DNA of 64,000 nucleotides, taken from Nitrospinaceae bacterium. GTDB lineage: Bacteria > Nitrospinota > Nitrospinia > Nitrospinales > Nitrospinaceae. The notes below the pieces were generated by a model. The model ran no database searches. It saw only the letters and a list, made by a program, of their open reading frames with translations, and was not told the DNA's origin. The stretch lies in NCBI GenBank assembly GCA_965223665.1, contig OZ245011.1:1888001-1952000 (forward strand), read 5' to 3'. The translations under genes were made by a program, and so were the position numbers. Each line of letters starts with the position of its first letter. The stretch's first letter is position 1. This document shows, in pieces, positions 10,184-18,556 of the stretch.

Positions 10184-11497
10184 ATGAAAAGGCTACTTCT
10201 TGCCTCACTATGGGCTATTCTCATTCTATTTTGCAGCGAAACATCTTTCGCTAGAACCGTCACTTTAATCACGCCGAAAGATACGTACGTCCGTTCTACA
10301 GCTCCCACAAAAAACTACGGCACCGAACCGCGAATGATTGTCGACGGAGTCAGCCTGGACCCGGAGACCCGAACGTTTGGCGAAGTCGCCGGCTTGTTGC
10401 AGTGGGATGTGTCTTCCATTCCGGTGTACTCCATTGTCGACTCAGCTAAAATCACTCTGCGTTTGTACAATTCCAGTTCCGGCGTGTATCACATTTTTGA
10501 ACAAATCGGATCGTGGAGCGAAAAGTCCGTAACCTGGGATGATTTTTCTCCGGGAAGTACTCCCCTCGGTTCCATCCCGGCTAATCGAAGCGGTCCGGTT
10601 ACCATTGAACTTAACGATGACGGGATAGCTCTGGTGCAAGGTTGGATCGATGGGACTTTAGACAATAACGGTTTCGCCCTTCGCGCCGGGGGCACCAATG
10701 ACGGCATCGGATTGCACACCAAGGAAGGTTCCATCGATTTTGCAAAACTTAAAATTTCGTTTTCAGATGGGCCCGCCACCATTGAACAACTTCAGGGAGA
10801 AATCAATCGACTGAGTGCACTGCTTGCCGGACTTCGCAGAAAGGGAGACACGCTTATTTTCGAAGGCATGAACGTTCAAATTGTGAATGGGTATGGCGCC
10901 ACCAACGGACACCCCGGACAAAAAGACGAACTGTCACCTTTAAAAACCAATGTCAATGGATTAGGCAACCTCATTGTCGGTTACAACGAAAAAATAGATA
11001 CAGATTCGTTCGAGGATTTCTTAGACGAGGATTCTGTGTTGTCGGACAAAACCGGCTCTCATAATATTATCGTAGGACATGGCCACAATTATTCAAGTTT
11101 CGGCGGCCTGGTGGCCGGCTGGGATAATATTGTATCGAGTCCATATTCTACAGTGAGCGGAGGCAAATACAATCACGCCAGCGAATTCTGCTCTACGGTC
11201 GGTGGCGGATTCCTCAACGTCGCCAGTGGAGATTACTCGGCGGTCAGTGGCGGTTACCAGCAGATTGCCAGTGGAGACAACTCCAACGTGAGCGGAGGAT
11301 TCCGTAACAAGGCCACCGGATTTGCTTCGCATGTTAGTGGCGGATTTTCCAACATCGCCAGCGGGGAAAGATCGAGTATCAACGGAGGCATCGCCAACAA
11401 AGCCTTTGGAGAAAACTCTACCGTCAGTGGAGGCGGCCACCGGGAAGCCTCCGGAGAAAACGATTGGGTGGCCGGCAGTTTGTATGAGAAAGAATAG
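10184..11497 (+). CDS. Secreted DNRLRE-like domain protein, type A (coiled coil + NGLGNLIVGY module + 15-aa Gly/Ser solenoid repeats); paralog 1
   Basis: Signal peptide; DTYVRSTAPTKNYG, LQWDVSSIP, GIALVQGWIDG; 7 SxVSGGxxNxA-type units; ends DWVAGSLYE. Confidence 0.88.
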   Translation: MKRLLLASLWAILILFCSETSFARTVTLITPKDTYVRSTAPTKNYGTEPRMIVDGVSLDPETRTFGEVAGLLQWDVSSIPVYSIVDSAKITLRLYNSSSGVYHIFEQIGSWSEKSVTWDDFSPGSTPLGSIPANRSGPVTIELNDDGIALVQGWIDGTLDNNGFALRAGGTNDGIGLHTKEGSIDFAKLKISFSDGPATIEQLQGEINRLSALLAGLRRKGDTLIFEGMNVQIVNGYGATNGHPGQKDELSPLKTNVNGLGNLIVGYNEKIDTDSFEDFLDEDSVLSDKTGSHNIIVGHGHNYSSFGGLVAGWDNIVSSPYSTVSGGKYNHASEFCSTVGGGFLNVASGDYSAVSGGYQQIASGDNSNVSGGFRNKATGFASHVSGGFSNIASGERSSINGGIANKAFGENSTVSGGGHREASGENDWVAGSLYEKE

Positions 11498-11652
11498 TTT
11501 TGTTCCCTTCCCCGAACATAGTGTTTCCTTCCTTTTTCGACAAAAAGTTCTAAACCATTAAAAATCGCTAACATAGACCTGCCTTTTTCTTTACGATCCA
11601 GTTTGTACCGAAATCGGTTTTCCAATTACCCCCAATTTGCCCCCATCAAGTT

Positions 11653-11681
11653 TTGACAAAACCGGCTAAAGGGTATAAATT
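11653..11681 (+). promoter_or_regulatory. Sigma70-type promoter for paralog 2
   Basis: TTGACA-17bp-TAAATT about 50 bp upstream of ATG 11731. Confidence 0.6.
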
Positions 11682-11730
11682 TTGGCCAAATAACCAAATT
11701 TAATACAGTTTCTCACCGTGAGGAGGGGGC

Positions 11731-12957
11731 ATGAAACGAATTACATGTTTTTTAACTTTAATCGCATTGCTACTGACCAGTACATCTGCATGGGCGGTGG
11801 TAGATTCATTTTCCAGTCCGCAGGATAGTTACGTACGCCAAAGTTCTCCGGCCATGAATTATGGATCCGAAAATGTTCTTATCGCAGATGGTATCAGTCA
11901 GGATCCCGACAACGGATTGTACGGCGAAGTCGCAACACTTATCAAATGGGATCTATCCAGCATACCTTCTGGTTCTAATGTCACTGCTGCTTCCATCACT
12001 CTGGATTTTTTCAATTCCAGTGGCGGCACTTATAACATATTGCAACAGCTCAACGCCTGGAACGAAAACTCGGTGGACTTCACGGATTTATCCACTTCAG
12101 GCACAATCCGTGGAATCATTCCTGCTGGAAGCAGCGGCGTAGTCAAAATTCCTTTAAACGCCAGCGGGATCGCTTTAGTGCAAGGTTGGATCGATGGCAA
12201 CATTGACAATAATGGATTTGCTATTCGCACCTCCGGCACTAACGACAGTATTGGTATGGACTCGCGAGAATCTTCCGGAATGGCACCGACATTAGAAGTG
12301 GATTATGAAGGGGCTGTCCTGACCCTGGAAGAACTCACCGCCAAGGTTCGCGAATTTGAAGAACTCTTTGAAGGAATCACCCGATCCGGATCTAACATTT
12401 TTATCACCGGTGCCAATGTGCATATACGCAACGGCCTGGGATCAACAGATGGCAGCGATAGCTCCAATCCTCCACGAACCAATGGACTGGGGAATTTAAT
12501 TGTTGGTTATAATGAACCGCCTCCCTGCCCTCCGGCAACTATATGTTTGAATCGGCTCGGTTCGCACAATGTGGTCATTGGTCCCGAACACACCTATACC
12601 AGTTATGGAGGTTTGATAACTGGAGACCGAAACAGAATCACAGATATTTACAGTGTGGCGGTTGGAGGTTTTCTCAATCAATCCACCGGTGCTTATTCAG
12701 GCACGTTCAGTGGTTCCGGCAACCAGGCGACGGGAAATTTTTCCACAGTTACCGGTGGAGCCAGTAATACCGCAAGCGGCGGTACCTCTCATATCAGTGG
12801 CGGACGGCAAAACAACGCCACCGGTGGATTTTCCACTGTGAGCGGCGGACGTGAAAACACTTCTTCCGGAAACTCTGCAACCGTCGGTGGTGGATTTCAA
12901 CGAAGTGTTAACGGGTTCGACGACTGGAGAGCTGGCAGTTTATTTGAAACTCAATAA
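11731..12957 (+). CDS. Secreted DNRLRE-like domain protein, type A; paralog 2
   Basis: GAGGAG RBS; same architecture; 6 solenoid units; ends DWRAGSLFETQ. Confidence 0.9.
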   Translation: MKRITCFLTLIALLLTSTSAWAVVDSFSSPQDSYVRQSSPAMNYGSENVLIADGISQDPDNGLYGEVATLIKWDLSSIPSGSNVTAASITLDFFNSSGGTYNILQQLNAWNENSVDFTDLSTSGTIRGIIPAGSSGVVKIPLNASGIALVQGWIDGNIDNNGFAIRTSGTNDSIGMDSRESSGMAPTLEVDYEGAVLTLEELTAKVREFEELFEGITRSGSNIFITGANVHIRNGLGSTDGSDSSNPPRTNGLGNLIVGYNEPPPCPPATICLNRLGSHNVVIGPEHTYTSYGGLITGDRNRITDIYSVAVGGFLNQSTGAYSGTFSGSGNQATGNFSTVTGGASNTASGGTSHISGGRQNNATGGFSTVSGGRENTSSGNSATVGGGFQRSVNGFDDWRAGSLFETQ

Positions 12958-12970
12958 TTTGTTTTATCAT

Positions 12971-13006
12971 GGCAGACCCCGGTTCCTACCGGGGTCTGTT
13001 TTTTTT
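12971..13006 (+). terminator. Intrinsic terminator (type A family hairpin)
   Basis: GCAGACCCCGG-ttccta-CCGGGGTCTGT followed by a T run. Confidence 0.88.
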
Positions 13007-13178
13007 GTTTGATAAACCAACTCTCAGCTCCTGGAACCTGAGAAGGCTTCCAGGTTTTTTTGATGGCTGCCATGCCAATCCTTCCTTAAAAATATTATTC
13101 TTGTGACGAGCCCAGTGCATTTTCTTCTTGAACAGACTTAAGTATTTTTTCAAAGATTGTTTTACGGGTTTGGTCACA

Positions 13179-13206
13179 TTGACAAACCTTAGGAAAAGGT
13201 TATAAT
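13179..13206 (+). promoter_or_regulatory. Sigma70-type promoter for paralog 3
   Basis: Consensus TTGACA-16bp-TATAAT. Confidence 0.75.
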
Positions 13207-13334
13207 TTGACAAGCCCTGAAATTTAATATCGAGTCTAAAGCAGTTCTCATGAAATGTTGTTTAAGATGAATCTCTTTAAATATTTTCCTTTCAATTTTT
13301 TCAAATAACTAATCCTTATTCAGTGGGGGGAACT

Positions 13335-14648
13335 ATGAAAAATAATATTAGAGCAATTCTAATTTTTTCATTTTTACTTTTAAGCGGTTACAGTTACGCA
13401 CAAACCACAGTGAGCTTTCAAGATGGGGTGTCACCCGATGCAGGGTACACCGGGACACAAGACAGTTATGGTCGGAGCACATCTCCCGGCGCAAACTATG
13501 GCAGTGACAATACTATAATTTCTGACGGGGTGGCGCAGGATCCGGATAACGGTCTTTTTGGAGAAGTTGCCGGAATCGTCAAATGGGACATTTCATCAAT
13601 TCCGGCATCCGCCACCGTAACCAGCGCTTCGATAACGGTGAATCTGACCAATAACAGTTCTGGCGCTTATAACTTTTTGCAGCAAACCGGAGCCTGGTCG
13701 GAAGGTTCAGTTACCTGGAGCGACTTTAATTTTGGAGGCGTTATTCTGGGTACCATTCCCGCGTTTGCTTTTGGCAGCACGACGGTCAATTTAAATGCTT
13801 CAGGGATTGCACTGGTTCAAGCCTGGGTCGATGGATCAATAGCTAATGATGGAATCCTGGTTCGGCATGGAGGGACTAACAACAGTATTCAATTTGAATC
13901 TACAGAGTCAGGCGGTAACTCCCCCATATTAGAAGTAACTTATACAGGAGGAACCCAAACCTTGGAAGAGCGAGTGGCGTTTTTAGAAGCTCTTTTGGCC
14001 GGCGTGATGCGCAATGGAAATAAGATAGTGTTCGATGGATTGAATGTTCAAATTACTAATGGTTTAGGTGCCACTAATGGCAATCCAGGTAATCCGGACA
14101 GCGACACCACCACTGAAGTTAATGGTTTAGGTAATTTGATTGTGGGTTATGACGAAGACATTAATCCTTACAATGTAGATGGAACACCGTTATCAAACAA
14201 AAGTGGTTCACACAATGTGATCATCGGTCACGGGCACAACTACAGCAGTTTCGGTGGCTTTGTGGTTGGCCAGGATAACATAATCAGCGATTCCTACGCC
14301 AGCGTCAGTGGGGGAAATCAAAATACTGCAAGTGGAATCTGGTCCAGCGTCAGTGGTGGATTTTTCAATACTGCAAGCGCAAGCAGGTCCAGCGTCAGCG
14401 GGGGAGAACGAAATACGGCAAGTAGCCCTCAGTCCAGCGTCAGTGCTGGACTTCGCAATACTGCAAGTGGAATCGGTTCCAGTGTCAGTGGGGGAATAGA
14501 TAATACTGCAAGTGGACCTAATTCCAGCGTTAGTGGGGGAGATAATAATACTGCGAGCGGAACAGAATCCACCGTGAGTGGAGGGGAAAGCAGATCGGTT
14601 ATTGATACCCATGACTGGAGAGCAGGCAGTTTATTTGAAAATAATTAA
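13335..14648 (+). CDS. Secreted DNRLRE-like domain protein, type A; paralog 3
   Basis: ATG 13335 behind GGGGG; TTVSFQDGVSPD N-terminal extension; 7 solenoid units; ends DWRAGSLFENN. Confidence 0.9.
   Translation: MKNNIRAILIFSFLLLSGYSYAQTTVSFQDGVSPDAGYTGTQDSYGRSTSPGANYGSDNTIISDGVAQDPDNGLFGEVAGIVKWDISSIPASATVTSASITVNLTNNSSGAYNFLQQTGAWSEGSVTWSDFNFGGVILGTIPAFAFGSTTVNLNASGIALVQAWVDGSIANDGILVRHGGTNNSIQFESTESGGNSPILEVTYTGGTQTLEERVAFLEALLAGVMRNGNKIVFDGLNVQITNGLGATNGNPGNPDSDTTTEVNGLGNLIVGYDEDINPYNVDGTPLSNKSGSHNVIIGHGHNYSSFGGFVVGQDNIISDSYASVSGGNQNTASGIWSSVSGGFFNTASASRSSVSGGERNTASSPQSSVSAGLRNTASGIGSSVSGGIDNTASGPNSSVSGGDNNTASGTESTVSGGESRSVIDTHDWRAGSLFENN
14298..14612 (+). repeat. 45-bp coding tandem repeat (7 units)
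   Basis: CCAGCGTCAGTGG...AATACTGCAAGTGGA-like units recur with 45-bp period (14299, 14344, 14389, ...). Confidence 0.85.
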
Positions 14649-14662
14649 TTTAATTTTTTCAT

Positions 14663-14697
14663 GGCAGATCCCGGTTCCTTCCGGGGTCTGTCTTTTT
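14663..14697 (+). terminator. Intrinsic terminator (type A family hairpin)
   Basis: GGCAGATCCCGG-ttcctt-CCGGGGTCTGTC followed by TTTTT; nearly the same as the hairpin at 12971. Confidence 0.88.
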
Positions 14698-14855
14698 ATT
14701 TTCGCATAAAAACTTTTATGATAGTCGGTGATTGACCGGCGAGGAGTTTACAAACAAAATATATCGCTCGCGGGATAATTCCTACCAAAAACCTGCGTTT
14801 TCTTCTCCCTTTCTTTTAGATTGATCCGAATTAACCTTTTTCCGTTTCAAACCGG

Positions 14856-14883
14856 TTGATTTTGAAGTGAACAAATCTATAAT
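14856..14883 (+). promoter_or_regulatory. Sigma70-type promoter for paralog 4
   Basis: TTGATT-16bp-TATAAT. Confidence 0.55.
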
Positions 14884-15068
14884 GAGCCATCCTAAAAATT
14901 TGTCTGGCTCAAAGATTATTTAAATCGGTTTTGGTTTTTATAATTAGTCTCAGTTCAATCTAAATCTTTAATGAGAGGTCTTCCTTTGGGTTCAGACGTC
15001 CGTTGTTTGAAGATTTTTCTATTTCAGACCTCTCTCAATAATCTGACTTCCAAAGGGGGGGGCGTTTC

Positions 15069-16217
15069 ATGAAAAAAATATTCTTTATTTTATCTATCTG
15101 TATATTCGTTTTCAGCCATGAGGCATTCGCGGTTACCGACACCTTTACCAACCCGGAGGACAGTCATGGACGCAGTACGTCACCGACCTCAAATTTCGGA
15201 GCTGGATCCAGTGTGATCGCCGATGGAGTGGCGCAGGACCCGGCAAACAGTTTATACGGTGAAATCGCAGGTATTCTCAAATGGGACATCTCATCCATTC
15301 CCAATACAGCCGCAGTAACCAGTGCATCCATCACCATCAACCTCACCAACAACAGTTCCGGTGATTACAACTTTCTTGAGCAAACCGGAGCCTGGACCGA
15401 GGGCACCGTGACATGGAACGACTTTAATTTCGGCGGCACCGTCTTAGGAACTATTCCGGCATTCGCTTCGGGCAACACGACCATCAATCTTAATGCCAGT
15501 GGGGTGGCTTTGGTTCAGGCCTGGGTCGATGGCTCGACTCCTAACGATGGTCTGCTCGTGCGCACCGGCGGTACCAACAATAGTATTGCATTCGATTCCA
15601 GTGAGTCCGGCGGTTCCCCTGCGGTACTGGAAGTGACATATACCGGCGGAGCTCCCACATTAGAATCCTTACAGGCAGAGATCGATGCATTGAAAGCCAT
15701 ATTAGCCGGAGTGACACGCAACGGAAATAATATTGATTTTGATGGAGTGAATGTTCGAATCCGCAATGGCCTTGGCGCCACCAACGGCAACCCGGCGGAC
15801 CCCAATAGCGAGACCGGTACCAATGTGAATGGGCTTGGCAATTTGATCGTGGGTTACAATGAAAACCATAAAGATTGCACTGGGACCTTTTGTTTTCTGG
15901 ATAAATTAGGATCTCATAATGTAGTGATCGGCCATGGTCAATCCTATACCAGCTATGGGGGGTTGGTGGCAGGTCAGGACAACCTGATATCAGCACCTTA
16001 CGCCAGTGTGAGTGGAGGATTTGAAAATCGGGCTACCGCATTTTTTTCAAGTGTGAGTGGTGGAGGTGACAATGAAGCCAGTGATTCTATGGCGAGTGTA
16101 AGCGGAGGATATGGTAACGAAGCCAGTGGATTTCGATCCACTGTCAGTGGAGGGGCGCACCGATCGGCCACGGATTTTGAGGACTGGGTCGCCGGCAGTT
16201 TAATAGAAGATAATTAA
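15069..16217 (+). CDS. Secreted DNRLRE-like domain protein, type A; paralog 4
   Basis: Signal peptide ending AFA; same architecture; 4 solenoid units; ends DWVAGSLIEDN. Confidence 0.9.
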   Translation: MKKIFFILSICIFVFSHEAFAVTDTFTNPEDSHGRSTSPTSNFGAGSSVIADGVAQDPANSLYGEIAGILKWDISSIPNTAAVTSASITINLTNNSSGDYNFLEQTGAWTEGTVTWNDFNFGGTVLGTIPAFASGNTTINLNASGVALVQAWVDGSTPNDGLLVRTGGTNNSIAFDSSESGGSPAVLEVTYTGGAPTLESLQAEIDALKAILAGVTRNGNNIDFDGVNVRIRNGLGATNGNPADPNSETGTNVNGLGNLIVGYNENHKDCTGTFCFLDKLGSHNVVIGHGQSYTSYGGLVAGQDNLISAPYASVSGGFENRATAFFSSVSGGGDNEASDSMASVSGGYGNEASGFRSTVSGGAHRSATDFEDWVAGSLIEDN

Positions 16218-16231
16218 CCATACGGTATTCA

Positions 16232-16266
16232 GCAGACTCCGGTTTTTCCGGGGTCTGCCTATTTTT
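16232..16266 (+). terminator. Intrinsic terminator (type A family hairpin)
   Basis: GCAGACTCCGG-ttttt-CCGGGGTCTGC followed by ctatttttg. Confidence 0.82.
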
Positions 16267-16300
16267 GAAAATGAAATTTATATTTTTATTTAATAAATTT

Positions 16301-16834
16301 TCAGGGAAATAAAAATTCTTTTTGGACTTCCAATTCCTGTTGCGTGATTTCTTCCAGCATTTTTGGGTTATCGGCTTCGAGGGCTTTCCAACCCTTATAA
16401 TATTTTCTCAGATAAGATTTTCTATTATTTGAAAACAATCGACCCATTTCTTCTTCTGCAAAGTCGAGCATGATTTCAAATTTGATTTCATCCACTCGAA
16501 AACTGTATTCCGCATTTAAGGCCTGATATTCTTCAGGGGAATTAGGGTTACCTATTTCAAAAGTTTTTCCCTCTTCCATTCCCGCTTCTTTTTTAATAGC
16601 AATAATCTTCTTGTTTATTTCCTGTAATTCATTATCTTCCTGAACTTCATTTATTTTATAATCGGAGAGCTTTTCTAACGCGAGGGCGATTCCATAGAAA
16701 ATTAAATTGTGATAATCGGGAGCCATGGAAAAACTCCTCATTCTTTGAAGTTTTCGAATCAGTTCCGACAACTTTTCAATTTCTTTACCCTGACAACTCT
16801 GGACATTTCTAATTAATGGAATGATATTTTCCAT
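16301..16834 (-). CDS. Hypothetical alpha-helical protein
   Basis: 177-aa ORF, Glu/Lys rich, no recognised motif. Confidence 0.75.
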   Translation of the reverse strand: MENIIPLIRNVQSCQGKEIEKLSELIRKLQRMRSFSMAPDYHNLIFYGIALALEKLSDYKINEVQEDNELQEINKKIIAIKKEAGMEEGKTFEIGNPNSPEEYQALNAEYSFRVDEIKFEIMLDFAEEEMGRLFSNNRKSYLRKYYKGWKALEADNPKMLEEITQQELEVQKEFLFP

Positions 16835-16995
16835 GAGGAGTTTCCTAAAATTAATCAGAATATTTAAAATTCAGCCACATTAAAAAGGAATTAGCAAAGA
16901 GATGCAAGAGTAAGTTTAAAAGGTAAATCCCATAAACAAATCACAGCAATCCTGGCATGAAACCTGTAAGCTAATGGAAAACTGGAGGAAGAATA

Positions 16996-17166
16996 ATGGA
17001 AAACACTATTTTTTATATCCTGGTCTCTTCAATGATTCTTAATTTTTTTGTGCTGGGGATTTCGATAAACCGACCGAACTCATTTTATCCCGTAGCTTTG
17101 TGTGCGCTCTCCATAGGATTGCAGGGTTTTGCCTTACGGTTAGTCGCTATGAGTTCTATCAGTTAA
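16996..17166 (+). CDS. Small 56-aa two-helix membrane protein (not in ORF track)
   Basis: GGAGG RBS; MENTIFYILVSSMILNFFVLGISINRPNSFYPVALCALSIGLQGFALRLVAMSSIS*. Confidence 0.65.
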   Translation: MENTIFYILVSSMILNFFVLGISINRPNSFYPVALCALSIGLQGFALRLVAMSSIS

Positions 17167-17306
17167 ACCAGATTGACTGGCCAAAACTTCTTTTCTTTAA
17201 ATACTTTTATTTTATGGCAAGACCCGGTTAAAGTTCTAACTGGTTTTTAAATAAGGACATTTTTACTAATTTCTTCCTGGATTGAGTGTTGTGTCCGTTG
17301 GGTAAT

Positions 17307-17335
17307 TTGACAGAATAAGTAATTGGGACTATGTT
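17307..17335 (+). promoter_or_regulatory. Sigma70-type promoter of response regulator
   Basis: TTGACA-17bp-TATGTT. Confidence 0.55.
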
Positions 17336-17438
17336 TTTGAGACACGATTGTTTTTTACCTGAGTAAAGCACTTTAATTTAGTGTGACCTTTAGATTTTCA
17401 AAGCTACTAAATCTAATCATTTGGAGGAGGAACAGTTT

Positions 17439-17861
17439 ATGTCTATCATAGAAAATGTTTCAGGCACCCATGGAAAGATTTTAGTTATTGATGACGAGGA
17501 AGATGTAAGAGATATTGTGAAACTTCAATTGGAAGAATCCGGCTATCAAGTTATTACGGCCAAGGATGGAGAAGAAGGGATCAACCTTTTAAAACAGGGG
17601 TCCAATTTGGTGCAGGTTGGGTTGATCATTTGTGATATTCGCATGCCTAAAGTGAATGGAATTGAGGCGATTGAATACATAAAAGAAAATGCACCCTCCA
17701 AACCCATTATGGTACTCACCGGATACCCGGACACCAATTTAGCTGTATCTCTTATAAAAAAAGGCGTTAAAGAATATGTCGTCAAGCCCGTTGATAAAGA
17801 TGTATTGTTGGAAAAAGTGAAAACAATTCTTTCCTCCAAACAGGACTTTGATTATGCTTAG
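17439..17861 (+). CDS. Single-domain response regulator (CheY-like receiver)
   Basis: ILVIDDE, ICDIRMPKVNG (phospho-Asp), VLTG, VVKP; GGAGGAGG RBS before ATG 17439. Confidence 0.93.
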   Translation: MSIIENVSGTHGKILVIDDEEDVRDIVKLQLEESGYQVITAKDGEEGINLLKQGSNLVQVGLIICDIRMPKVNGIEAIEYIKENAPSKPIMVLTGYPDTNLAVSLIKKGVKEYVVKPVDKDVLLEKVKTILSSKQDFDYA

Positions 17862-18093
17862 ACATTAAAAAACATGTTATTTTTGCAAAGATTATAGTTC
17901 CGGGTTTTATCTTAATAATCCAAGAGAGTAGCTTTTACTGACTTACAACGGTGGAGAAATTTAATGACAACCCGGGTTCCGTTTGTTTGAAGAAAATTAA
18001 ATTTTAATGTGAAGGCAATTTCAAAAATCCTATAGTCTCGAACAAAATATTTCAGGCTAAGATTAGTGAAGTAAAAATCTCAGACGGCAATCA

Positions 18094-18131
18094 CCCCGAA
18101 AGTCAGCAGGCTTTCGGGGTTTTTCTTTTTT
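18094..18131 (+). terminator. Intrinsic terminator
   Basis: ACCCCGAAAG-tcagcagg-CTTTCGGGGT followed by a long T tract. Confidence 0.8.
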
Positions 18132-18556
18132 CCTCTCGCCCAAACACAATAATTTTATCCTATTCAGGATAATTAATTAGAAACTCTCTATGAAAAGGCT
18201 TGGACTCACCTTATTTTAGTTGCTTATATTTTTATAGTCGGCGAAACGGATTGAAATTTGGTGGGAAGAGTCTATAATTTTCTCGTTATTTGTCGAGATA
18301 TTTATTTCAAACCAAATCATAATTTAAAATCTCTTCTATATAAGAAATATTTTTCAAACATAAATCTTTTTGAGAGGAAGTTCTCAACTTTTGAGTTCTA
18401 AGTTTTCATTGCTTCATTTTTCTCGTAATCATCCTCTCATTGAAATTTAAATTACAAGAGGGGCGCCATGAAAAAATTAATTTTCATTCTTCATTGCTTC
18501 AACAATTTTGTAGCCATTGGTTCTTCCCTCCACGCAGTCAGCGGGAAGGAAAATAA

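Noticed and set aside
14298-14612. CRISPR-like periodic repeat
   Set aside because: 45-bp in-frame coding repeats with degenerate units, no unique spacers of CRISPR type and no cas genes
16953-16968. Sigma54-like TGGCAT-N5-CTGT upstream of the small membrane ORF
   Set aside because: The essential -12 GC is replaced by GT
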